The notes under the pieces: model-generated
Database searches by the model: none
What the model saw: the letters and a program-made list of their open reading frames with translations, nothing else
What the model was told of the DNA's origin: nothing
Part shown: positions 12,871 through 24,543 of the stretch, in pieces
How the letters are laid out: each line of letters begins with the position of its first letter
Position numbering within the stretch: the stretch's first letter is position 1
Position numbers and translations under genes: made by a program
DNA from: Antedon mediterranea
Taxonomy: Eukaryota; Animalia; Echinodermata
Length of the DNA stretch: 64,000 bases
Direction of reading: 5' to 3'
Assembly: GCF_964355755.1 (NCBI RefSeq)
Contig: NC_092676.1
Location: 997,788-1,061,787, forward strand

Positions 12871-13712
12871 CGCTAGTTTCCTTCGCTTGTATTTTTACTC
12901 CAAATTTGATAACTAACTTTATCGTGTGAATACCACACCTTAGAAGTATACCTCATGAGTACTTTAATGAAAGAATCACATAAAAAGTAACAAATAAATC
13001 CTTAAATTAATGATTTTACAGGCGTGTTTCTCGCACACTGTTCGCGAATTTCACTTATTCAATGTTCAATATTTTTGTTTCTATGGAGCGCCAAAAGAGC
13101 AACGATAATAGAGGACTAAAACTCAGCGGAATGCGTCAATTTCTCATGCATTTATTGGTGAAAAACACGTTTTATTTCAATATATTTGTTAATTTGTCAA
13201 TAAAAATGCTATAATATGTTACTGCTGATACTGTTCTGTTTTCCAAGAATAATAATCGATCCTAAATCAACATCACTACCTAGTCTAGACCTAGGACATC
13301 CTACTAAGGATATTATGATGAATGTTTCTATTTTATTCTTTAAAAGGTTACCGAAACCGTGTACATTATCAACAGTACACCGGTGAACAGTAACATTTTT
13401 CCTTACTGACAGTGACAAAATCTATTGAAATTGTACTTGATTTTCACCAAATAATGCGTTAAATATAAATTGATTCCACAGAGTTTTTAGCCCTCTAATT
13501 AATTTTGCTCTTTTTGCGTTCCATAGAAACCAAAATATTGAACATTGAGTGTGCGAAATGCGAGAAAAACAACGTCTGTAAAATCACCAATTTAATGGAT
13601 TTATTGTTACTTTTATGTGATTTTTCTTCATTAAAGTAGGCCTACTAATTCTAAGCTGTGGTATTCAGGATAAATTTGGTTAAAATACAAGGCAGGTGCA
13701 AAAGGAAACTAG
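12871..13712. mobile_element. Old fold-back/MITE element with ~290-bp diverged inverted arms
   Basis: ~12871-13165 is the reverse complement of ~13441-13712 (e.g. TCAATGTTCAATATTTT vs AAAATATTGAACATTGA; CTAGTTTCCTT vs AAGGAAACTAG). TSD not resolved. Confidence 0.7.
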
Positions 13713-15651
13713 CCTAGCGGGCCTAGCTAGGCCTAGGCTACTTCAATTTCGGTGATTTCCTGCCTTGCAATTTTGAGAAATGATAAAATGATGCCTCGCA
13801 TTTTTTGATGATGGTAAAACGATGCCTCGCATAAATTTCTGACTTGCCTCGCATGCCTTCCCTGCCTCGCGTGCCTCGCTGCCTCGCACTTTGTTACTAC
13901 CCTGTCAGACACTGATGTTGTACGTCTAGACGGTCTTTGAAACGTACCTTCTGCTCTTCTTTCGTGGAATGCTAGAAGGGAGGTATTAACATTCATTAAT
14001 TTTATACCTCCAGTTGGAGTAGGCCTACCTGAGCACCAAATTCTATTTCCGAAAGATGACATACAAAAGATTAAAACATTTCCTCTGTGCGCACGTTGGT
14101 TACACACCTTTTCTTGCTTCAGTGTTTTACTTTATTAGAATACAGTACCAAATTAATTGTGTTTAAACACTGCTCACTCCATGAACAATTATCTCAGTTC
14201 GCATCAATAAACCGCCGGTGGCACGTTTTAGGGTATTTATTTCTTATTTTGTACCAAAAGAAAAAACCCCAAAATCTTCTACAGTATACCAGAGGTCAAT
14301 ATCCGTAAATGACCTTTGGAAAGGTCAAATACATTACTTTTTATTTACTATTGTCATGGAGAACGATGCTAGTATACATTCAGTCTTTTGTGACGATAAC
14401 TTATCCATTGAAAATGGTCCTTCGGATAACACTTGTTTGGTGGTAAAACTCAAAAGAATAAATCGGTGGGAATATTCTAGGGAGCTTTAGAAGTGACGAA
14501 TCAACATACATCATTTGTTCAAGTCTTCATCCTTAATGTAAAATTAATATTCGCGACGACCGTATAAACATTTTTAAAGAGCTGTTAAATACGATGTTTG
14601 TTCTGATCAAAGTCGAAGATCGGAATTTACCCACATTTTTCCACAAAAATGCCACATTGGAGTTTAAAACTATAACGAACTTGGTTTATTTGTCACTTGT
14701 GGCCAAGTACTCCATTCGTCAATAACATTACGAGATTTTTATGGTTCATCTGGTAATTCATATGATTGTAAATTTATTACATAAAAAATAATAATACCAG
14801 TAGTTTCAGTAGTAATCTAGAATAAATACTTGAGGAGCCTATTCATTGCAAGCGATGCTTTCATTTAGGCTTCTCAAACTTTTTTACTTTTTTTAGTAAA
14901 GTGAAATAAAATGGCTCTTATATTCGGGTTAATAATTATATTTTGGTTTATTATAATTATTTACTTAATCGTTTAGTAAGTTTTATTTTGTTGTTTTAAT
15001 GTATAGGCCTAAATGTAAATGTCTACCTTCGTACCAAACAGCATTATTGTTCTTTCATCGTTGTCCCCGTCCAATATAAGTTAGTAGTTTCATATTTATT
15101 ATCTTGCAGTACTATAAAAAAAACTGTTTTTAAATTTCGATTCTTTCATGCATACTATTAAAATAATTTGTTTTATATTTTTAAAGGGTGCCACAGTTGT
15201 AAAGCTTTGCTTGTTCGTGATTGCCCTATTCCTTTTCATATTATTGCATTTGTTTTAAAATTGTTAAGTAAAAAAATTGTGATTTGGAATAAAGTGAAGG
15301 AAATATTTCCTTAATAAAAAAAAAATCTTTGTAGGCCTACCGTCCTGGCTGATGGATGAATGACCTAAACTAATTCCCTTGTTTGATGTAATATTATTTA
15401 TTCACCTGGTGAATCAAGGCCTAAGCCTACATGGACTGTCCTTAATTGACACAGTAATTCATTCATCAGTGGAAAATTACTTCCATTTATTGTCATTTGC
15501 ATATAAAATATACACAGCATTACAAAATGCCACTTTTCTCGTACGGTATACAACTGACAACACAGTGCCCGAATATATATTCTAATACATTATATTACGT
15601 ATAGTTATTTTTTAAGAACGTGTACTGATCCAAAAGCAATGATCAATCACG

Positions 15652-15654
15652 ATA

Positions 15655-15693
<39 letters not shown>
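15652..15693. repeat. (TAT)n microsatellite
   Basis: About 13 TAT units. Confidence 0.95.
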
Positions 15694-15697
<4 letters not shown>

Positions 15698-15897
15698 AGT
15701 TGTTGCTCAGTTTTTACTGAGATTGTATTCATTGAAAGAAATGAATGTACTGCCCTCTTTCCTACTGGAGGTTTTGCCAAGTTTTTTGTTTTCTATGGCG
15801 ATTTCCTGACCTTGGATAAATACCGGAACTAAGCTGGCTATTCTTCAGTCGTAAACTTTGTCAACTACTAAAGTTCAGTTGTATTGAGTGTGATACC

Positions 15898-18800
15898 ATG
15901 GGTGTGAACGTATCTAGACGGCGAAATGTTCGCAGTAGGTTTTACTCCAAATCGAAATTAGCCAATTTGAACGAACTTGAGGCGTTGGCTAAACGAAGAG
16001 GAGTAGAAGTACCAAAGTGCACCATTCCTCCTAATCTTCGTGAAGAGTTATTTGAACTTGCTCAATATGATTTTCCATTTCATAACTTAGTGTTTGGAGG
16101 CGGCGGAAACAGGCTGTTCGCTTACACGGGTGCATTAGAGGTAGGCATGTGTGTGAAATATTTTTGTAGAAACTATTATGTATGGGGGTAAACATAGAGC
16201 AATGGGTACACGGTGTGAACCTGTGTAATTCATTCATTCATTCATTCATTCAATCTTTTATTTCGGAAACTCTGGTCCATAGAAAGTAAATTACATATAA
16301 ATGAAATAAATAAAATAAACAAAATTACTACTAGGCCTACTCATCTCAGGATGGCATTCCATCTGGAGAGTATCTTCGACTTAACTAAGACGTTCTTATA
16401 ATCGTTGAGATTAAAATATTTTTGCTTGCATTAAGTCTACACATCAGGCCATATATTGATATTCTTAACAATTCATAAAAAGAGGGAATTCTACATTCCG
16501 TAAACATGAGGCTGGCACTGCAATGTATAGATGGATCTATCTTTTACACTAGATTAGTTCTAAGTGAGGGTATGCATGCGGTAATGCTTTTTATTTTTAC
16601 TCTATTTTTTTTTCATGGAGAAAACAGAACCGACTTCTGCTATAAAAGTTGGGTTTTCATAATTAATTAACAATTATCTACTCTCGTTTGGTAGATATTT
16701 GCAACATTAATCTCGTTTGGTTCCGTTTAGTGTTTAGTAGGACCGACCAATATTGCGGTAGTGTTCTATGTAAACTACAGACAGACAGATATATATATAT
16801 TTAAGTATGTTTTAATAAACAGTAATTTGTACTGTATCGTGGGCAGCCATGTAAATTTTAACTTTCTATTATGTTTTGACGGTCTGTTCTTTCTGGGGAA
16901 TAATGGGATATCCCCGTTACATGTTATGTAGTTGATACGAGCATACATGTTTCCGAACTACTATTTCCGAAAAGATCAACATACAGAAATTAAGTGTTCT
17001 ATCCGTTGGTTTACGGTGAAAATTAAAATGGAAATAAATTTATGAACTATGTATGTGGAAACAAAATACTGTAACGACAGTACTTGGCTTGCTTGTGAGG
17101 TGTGAAAGTGGTGGGCTAGCCTGCGTACAATTGTACTATGAGGTGTGAAAGTGTTGGGCTAGCCTGCGTACGATTGTACTGTGAGGTGTGAAAAGTGTTG
17201 GGCTAGCTTGCGTACGATTGTACTGTGAGGTGTGAAAAGTGTTGGGCTAGCCTGCGTACGATTGTACTGTGAGGTGTGAAAAGTGTTGGGCTTGCCTGCG
17301 TACGATTGTAGCCTACTGCATGTTACGTAATATCAAGGTGCTAAGGTGTTAGGTGACCTGCACATACTATTGTACTCTTACGTAATCTATCGTCATAACA
17401 ATCCGACACTAGCTATTAAACATGCTTATTTAAAAAAACTCTGCCAGCCATGTAATGTGTACGCGTCACGGCATTTAACACCACCACTTGTCAATCGTAA
17501 ATGATACAATGGAGGAAATGACAATACGGTACAAACAATGTAGAATTATGGATAGTTAATTAGATATTATTATACAACGTCTGATTTTAAGCAATTACTT
17601 TAAATTTTGTTTTAACTGGGATAATGTTTAATTGCGATGTACAGTATTCATTTTTAAAAATTCTATTTTTATTAAATGTAAAATTAGGAAGATATAAAAT
17701 TGCACATAAAACATTTTTTTCAGTTCAAATATATTATATATATCCTTTGTACAGGATGGGATTGGTAGTTAGACCTCGGTTAAAATAACACCACACACTT
17801 GACAATTGTTTGATGTTAGTAATTCTTTCGGTATCTTATTTTAAATACAATTGTTATTTTAACCACATCCATTAGGTTTATAGAAAACCACAAGCTATAT
17901 GTATATAATTTGTTTGAAATTAAAAGCATAATGTTTATATTTTTCATAGGTTTTACATGAAGTAGGAATTTTGGACCAATGTACTCGCTACGCAGGGACA
18001 AGTCTAGGCGCCCTGACAGCGTGTTTTGCCGCGCTCGGAATCCCCCCAAGACACATCATCGTGGAGGTAGAAAAGGTCCGCAAAGATGTCCAGAGCATGC
18101 TGTTGGGTGCGTATAGAAATTAATTTGTGAAAATTAGTTTAGTAAAGTTAGAATAATGTGACTTCAACTTGAAAAGGTGCGTCAAAGTAGGCCTAATAAG
18201 AGAAGTTGGTCCCGACTCTTGATAATTTCGACAAAAAGGTTTGGTTAGAAATGACTAATATATTTCTTTCAGTAGACACTTATAAGATATATCCGGGTAT
18301 TCTTTTCTTCTTTTTTTGACGATTAACCTTGGTTTTTGAATAGCAACAAATAACACATTTGTGTTAATCTCTAACGGATTTGACGAATTTATTTGCAATA
18401 GTTTTTATTGGTCCGTAACACACTACAGTATTAGCAGGTATTGGTATTAGAAATAACAACTCCCTGGTATTAGTATTAATATTAATACAATACAGAAAAG
18501 ATGGCTCAGATAAGACGGATTTGCATTAATAATAATTTAAAAAAATCGGCCATTTTAGTTTCTGTTTTAGTATCACGTTTTACTGTGCCGATATTTATCT
18601 GTGCCGATATTTATCTGTGCCGATATTTATCTGTGCCGATATTTGCTGTGCTGGTGTTTATCTGTGCCGATATTTGCTGTGCTGGTATTTATCTGTGTCA
18701 GTATTTATCTGTGCCGATTTACTGTGTCGGTATTTATACTGTGTCGGTATTTATACTGTGTCGGTATTTATACTGTGTCGGTATTTATACTGTGTCGATA

Positions 18801-21800
18801 TTTATACTGTGATGATATTTATATCTGTGTCGATATTTATATCTGTGCCGATATTTATACTGTGTCGATATTTATACTGTGTCGGTATACACTGTGTCGG
18901 TATTTACTGTGTCGGTATTTACTGTGCCGGTATTTACTGTGCCGATATTTATATCTGTGCCGATATTTATATCTGTGCCGATATTTATATCTGTGCCGAT
19001 ATTTACCGTTTCTCGTATTCCAATTCGACCTGTTTACGTCGTGCACAACAGATTTTTGTTTCCTTTCCGATATTCTCAAAATCGTATTTCCCAGCAAGGC
19101 CGTATTTCTGTCTATTTGTTTGCATTGTACAGTATAACCAAATATTTAAATTTCAATATTGATAAAAACTAAACATAAATCTGCTCTAAATTCGTTTAAT
19201 TTACATAGACGCTAAGTTTGGATTGCTAAGTTTGTTACCGAATATTAAACGTTCGTTTGGATGGCATCCAGCCACAGCATATCAAGAGTGGTTAGAGGTG
19301 AACCTAGAGGATTATGCCGGCTCCAGGAATATCACATTCAGAGAGGTATTAAACAATACAATCATTCGATCACCTTACACGTCACGCACGGAGGACGCCT
19401 CCACTATATTTATTGTGATTTACTTTCAACGGGAAGCAAGAGTGTATGGAGTGGTATTGTTGGAAGTGTTTGCCTTCCATAAATTACATTGTTTACTTTT
19501 GACGGCGTATGCCTTCCATACATTCATTTGTCTACTTATTATTGTGTGCCTTCCATGCATTTCATTATCAACTTATTTATTTTTGATGACATAATTGTCC
19601 ACTTGACGGTGTTTGCCTTTCGTACATAATTTTGTTATGATGTTTGCCTTTCATTTATTTCACAATTGTCTAATTATATGATAATATTACCGTTTTAATT
19701 TAGTTCTACGAGCGAACAGGAAAAGAGCTATGCACGGTTGCTACCAATCTAAACCAAATGTCTGCCGAATATTGCCACGTAAAAACCACGCCTGACATGC
19801 CTGTCATCTTAGCATTACGAATGTCCATGTCCTTACCAGGTATGATACGCTATTAAGGCTTTATTATTTTGTTTAGATTACCAAAAGTTAAATGGTAACA
19901 ATATGAGCTGATTTAGAGATCGGAAATAGAAGTAAACGAATATACCAACCCATAAAAAAGGGACAAAAAAAAAAGAAACAATGTTAATCAATCAATCAAT
20001 GTGCACAGTACGTTTTGCTTAATTAATTAGGCCTATTGTAATTTGTAACTGAATCGAAAGTTTAAATTTTGACTGAAAATATTCTTGTTTGATTACTTCA
20101 AAAGATGATTGTAGATCGAAGTTCTTCTTTTGAATTTTATCCAAAGGGGATTTAATTTAAGCTATTAATAGTAGTACTATAGACTATAGTAGACCACAAT
20201 ATGGAACTTTGCCAATACTGATGAAGCACTATGACAATTAAACATTATATCTTCTTTTGTTTCCAGTTTTACTTGGAGCTGTGAAATATAAGCTCCGTGA
20301 CACGGAAGACGTGTTCGTAGATGGCGGTATACTCTGCAATTTCCCAATACATGTCTACGACGGTAAGTAGGTAGGAGTCAGCGCGGTCAAAACGATCAAA
20401 CGATAAACTTCATTGTGTCTGCCACCGTGTATGTAGCACGATTTTATACAAATGAATGTTTATGAGTGTAATGGTACAAATAATGGCATGAGGTGAATAA
20501 TGAAAGGTTATATTTCAACGAGGTGCGAGCCGAGTTAAAATAATAACCTTTCATCAATCACAATCGTCCAATCAAATGACAGGAATTTATTTAGGTGTTA
20601 TATAAAACGCTTTAGACGCAATCGATTGCTTAGAACGCCATTTAATTGGTCCTGTTTTTGCTGGCTACCAACAAGGTCATTTATTTACACTGTTTAACTG
20701 TTTATTTTTAATACCATGTGCCCACCAGTTGCGGAGAATCATTAGGCAGAATTGAAATAAATAAATAATAATGTTATGTTTCAGGTTGGTGGTTATCGAT
20801 GGCACCGGAAGATAATTACTTCAGACGGCTTCGACCCGTTTCAGAAGTACCTCGTCTTTTTGAAACGAACAACCGATTTAAACCTACAAATAACGAAACG
20901 CTTGGTGTGTGTTTGGTAAGAAACTTAACCAATTTATTGATATAAAAACTACAGTCTAACAAGAACGTAAGCGTAACGTAAGTGATTAATGACCAATCAC
21001 AAGTGATGGATTATCCGAACTGTCGCTTGTCATTGGTCAACTCGATTACGTTGCATAAATTCGTTACATCTCTAGTGAGAACCAGGATTAACGGAAAGCA
21101 GGCCTAGCATGATGCATTGATAATATAACATTAACACTGTACTTTCGTACAACGATAACTAATGGAACGTCTATGTTTGCACATTATTTAGTACACAGCA
21201 GACGAATCAAGTCTCATGCAACTTTACTTCAAGCAACGGTATAATGGAAACATGGCGGAAATCCCAAACACAAAACTAGCAAGGTAATTTCATTATGTGA
21301 AGATTATTCAAATGTATTAAATCATAAAATCAATTCAACAATATTTCAATAATTTGACAAAGAAAAGAATTCGATTCATCTTAACGTATGTGACGACACG
21401 CAGAGAAAACGGAATCGACGCGTAAAAATCATCTACCACCAATGAGTGAGTGTGGCCAAGCGGTTAAGACAGTGGAACCGTAATACCCTGCAACCGTAAT
21501 ACCCTGCAACCGTAATACCCTGCAACCGTAATACCCTGCAACCGTAATACCCTGCCATATTAACATCGGCAAGGGTTCGAGTCTCACTCGCTCCATGGTA
21601 TTCTTGGATAAGGACTATAAACCGAATTCAGTGTACACATCTGGATGATGTGCACTTTGAAGAACCTAATACATCTTTTTAGACGATTAGGGAGTTACCT
21701 TGGTGTACTAGTATACACACAGCCACGGTCATAACTCATCAAGAGGGCCCCTTGATATGCCAGCATACGCTGTTTAGGGTCACCCTCTATAAATAAGGTG

Positions 21801-24543
21801 AAATAAAATATAAAATAAATAAATGAATACTGGGTTGCACGCGGTTAAATCTACAATAATTTACACCTAATAATTTTGATTATATTCCTAATATTGTAGG
21901 AAAAGGAGAAAGACTGTCCAAGACGCACTTGATGAGAATACCGTTAGCACGAAACTAATATCAACGTTCAGCCGCTTCTTTGACCTCTTGGAAGAACACG
22001 ACGTGGACAATAGTGGAACGCTCGACTTTAAAGAGTTTAAAAACCTTATCAAACAGGTAACATGCTAGCCGATTTCTTAATAATATTATTGCTAAAAAGA
22101 GAATATTTTGGCACAAATGGCGTTTCATACGTGCTAGAATCTAGTTTACTGACGAAAAGCCGATTTGGTGAATACAGTACATAAGACATTAAAGGCAATA
22201 AGACTTGGAGCAAGTTTTTATTTATTTTATTTTATTTATTAAATACTAAAATGGAGTTGTTTAGTACATTCTGTTTAATACATTCTGTTTAATCTGTTTG
22301 AATGCATTTTATATAAATATACTTAATTGCCAAAAAGAAAATCAAGGACCTATAAAGAATCTTTTATAACAAAATATTAGTTTGAGGTCAGTCAATTTGA
22401 AAATAAAGATTATATCCGTAAGACTAGTAATACTAGTTATTTGTTATGCTTTGTATGGAATCAGTTTCAAGGCTGAATACCAAGCACTCGCCATTGTGCC
22501 CTCTAGTACAGTCCCACCTTTCCAAAGGTCTACGGTCAAAGAAATTATTTTTGTTTACAGAACAAAGACAAGTTTACGGATGAAGACTTTGAAACTTTGT
22601 TTGGTAAAGGAAGTGACGTCAACACCGTATTTGAGCGATTGGACGAAGACGGTAATGGAACCGTAAGTAATCTTCAACAGTAATAGTTCGATAGGTAATA
22701 ATTTATGAAAATAAACACACGCTCAAAACATTTCCGTTGAGCAGCTACTTCTTTCCCTTTTCAATCCATGTGTCACTGAGCACCTTAGTCAGTGTTTTAT
22801 AAATTCTTTTCATATTACCAGTAAATTCAGCCTGTAAACAGTGGCGTAACGCAGAGACGTGAGACCCATGGTTTAGGGACCCTTCCTCCTTTCTGACGTT
22901 TTTAGCCTTAAGACATGTTTTAATGCCTGTTTTCTTCCTCTGGGACCTGCTCAGGGGCCCCCATAAGCACATGGGCCCCTGTGTTCAGTCAGTGAGCGCT
23001 TATAGCCGTTACGCCATTGCCTGTCAAACAATATCACATGGATGATACGTCGTGTAGTTTTTGTAATTTTATTTCTATCATCTTGTTCAGGTTGACACAT
23101 TAGAGTTGCTGCGGTATGGCGAGTCGAAAGGTCTTCATCTGACGGCACGTTTCCTAGGTTACGACCGACAAGAGATCAATTCATTTAAAGACTACGTAGT
23201 TTCGCTTCAAAACAGTGTATTCAATCATGCGATGAGGGAGTTTGTCAGTGTAAGTTGAAATACGTCACTATCCCGTCACCGTCCGCACTGTCGTATAATT
23301 TACGATGTGTGATAAATGCATTTTTTAAAAAATAATAGTAATGTCCCCAACGGCGCCCCGTATTATATATAGTTGCCCACTACTTGCGTGTGAAATAAAG
23401 CGCGCAGAGCATACTTTATTATTTCTGAGCATGTTATTGTAGCGATTGGATCCGAAGATGCGCGGAAACCGTAACAACATAATAACGGGAACGGTAAAGC
23501 ACTATGCACTGCGTGGTTCGGAAATCTTTAGGGCACTTTGAGAACCGTGCATTAGCGTATGATTACATAATATTCGCATCCGGATCTGATATTTTCTCCA
23601 CTTGTGTTGCTAGGAGGATGATTATGAGCGAACAATAGGGGTAGATTCTCACTACATTCGAGGCACTGACTTCAAGATCGAAAAAGAAGACCGCGACTTT
23701 TTGTTTGAGGTAAGTTTTCTTCATATCGTCATTATATTTATTTAGTTATTTTTTATATATTTTAACAATATTTTACGAGGGTGGTCCATCCAGCCGAAGC
23801 TGATCATTATAGGGACCCTCACAAAAATACAATATGACGAGACATAAATATGAAACAATACAATATAAGTAATAATAGCGACCTCTCGTTTTCACGTCGC
23901 ACCATTCGACAACGTAGCTTTCAAGTTGAAGAGCCATTCCGTGCATACTCGGAATAAATTTGTGTCGACGTAACGGCTGCTTTTCGATTGTCGCGCCGTC
24001 AAAACGAAAGGTTACTTTCTTCTATTCATTTCTATTGTACAAAATAAATTTTCCTGTGGTAGAAAGATTCCGGTAGTAATAATTGGTAATTTTAAGAACC
24101 GCAAGTACTTCCCTGCTAAAGAAAACATTCAGTCACATTTAGGCATACCCACTTCCTTTTCTAAGAAAATTATTTTTTACCGCAAGTCTTTTCATAAAAA
24201 TAATATTCTATTACCTTGAATATATCATGGTGAGTAGCCATATGTTATATAATTAATAAAGGAAATTCAGTTCTTTGAAAATTAAAATTAATAATAGAAA
24301 TGAATATGTTTTTCTTTGTTTTAACAGCAAGGGTATAGAGCAACCATCGCTTATCTCTCGGAATACGTTCGAAAACATAATCCTCCAAAGAAACCAGAAT
24401 TTCAGGATAAAGAGTTCATTGATGAAACAGGAAATGCCGCCGAGTCGAATGGCGATCGGCGGTCAAGGATCAAGTCCGAGACATCGGTACAGATAAACCT
24501 GGACGCTATCATATGCGAAACCACCGATACTACGCCGTTATAA
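15898..24543 (+). CDS. Patatin-like phospholipase (ExoU/VipD-like subfamily) with two EF-hands, 12 coding exons, ~573 aa
   Basis: Phase-consistent GT-AG exons: 15898-16140, 17950-18106, 19209-19345, 19704-19839, 20267-20362, 20785-20915, 21192-21283, 21900-22056, 22561-22662, 23091-23249, 23614-23709, 24328-24543 (TAA). Motifs: NLVFGGGGNR (oxyanion loop), YAGTSLG (GxSxG nucleophile), HVKTTPDMPVILALRMSMSLP, FVDGGILCNFP (catalytic Asp), and EF loops DVDNSGTLDFKE and DEDGNGTVDTLE. Confidence 0.93.
17096..17318. repeat. 43-44-bp minisatellite, 5 copies
   Basis: GTGAGGTGTGAAAAGTGTTGGGCTAGCCTGCGTACGATTGTACT (e.g. 17181, 17225). Confidence 0.95.
18583..19006. repeat. Variable-unit minisatellite (16-20 bp) in patatin intron 2
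   Basis: Repeats of CTGTG(C/T)CG(A/G)TATTT(AT)n. Source of spurious ORFs at 18501-19172. Confidence 0.95.
20955..21088. mobile_element. Short decayed MITE; related copy at ~26765-26850
   Basis: Both copies share ACCAATCACAAG...AACTGTCG...TGGTCAACTCG...AACCA and have internal inverted symmetry. Confidence 0.5.
21444..21822 (+). mobile_element. tRNA-derived SINE in patatin intron 7
   Basis: Head GAGTGAGTGTGGCCAAGCGGTTAAG (A box) ... GGGTTCGAGTC (B box) ... CTCGCTCCA, and an A-rich (AAAAT)n tail. A fragment of the same body occurs reversed at ~55071-55132. Confidence 0.8.
22839..23019. mobile_element. hAT-type MITE, 181 bp
   Basis: TIR CAGTGGCGTAAC / GTTACGCCATTG. 8-bp TSD CCTGTAAA / CCTGTCAA (1 mismatch). 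Confidence 0.8.
23876..24015. mobile_element. Short inverted-repeat element (MITE-like)
   Basis: AGCGACCTCTCGTTTTCACGTCGCACCATTCGA pairs imperfectly with TCGATTGTCGCGCCGTCAAAACGAAAGGTTACT. Confidence 0.55.

Larger units (their letters stand above)
5563..13904. mobile_element. 8.3-kb composite TIR DNA transposon, CAG..CTG ends, 5-bp TSD (hAT5-like candidate), with nested insertions
   Basis: Left end CAGAGTGTTGACAAAGTGCGAGGCAGCGAGGCA matches the reverse complement of the right end, CAGGGTAGTAACAAAGTGCGAGGCAGCGAGGCA. Both ends carry inverted arrays of GCGAGGCA. TCAGA is duplicated at 5558-5562 and 13905-13909. The left end is itself tandemly duplicated (~5565-5909). Confidence 0.85.

Noticed and set aside
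14000-14900. Coding-looking stretch (ORF 14218-14490) as a missing exon 2 for copy 1b, or as a LINE remnant
   Set aside because: No GxSxG or other patatin similarity; LINE similarity is too weak to call without a search.
17440-17500. Short similarity (TGTGTAC.CGTCACG) to sequence upstream of exon 1a, as a possible fourth promoter/exon
   Set aside because: Only ~25 bp, with no homologous coding exon following.
18501-19172. Cys/Tyr-rich repetitive ORFs in several frames
   Set aside because: Intronic minisatellite between validated patatin exons 2 and 3.
21444-21595. Functional tRNA gene
   Set aside because: The anticodon arm is replaced by a tandem repeat, and the head continues into a dispersed SINE body with an A-rich tail.
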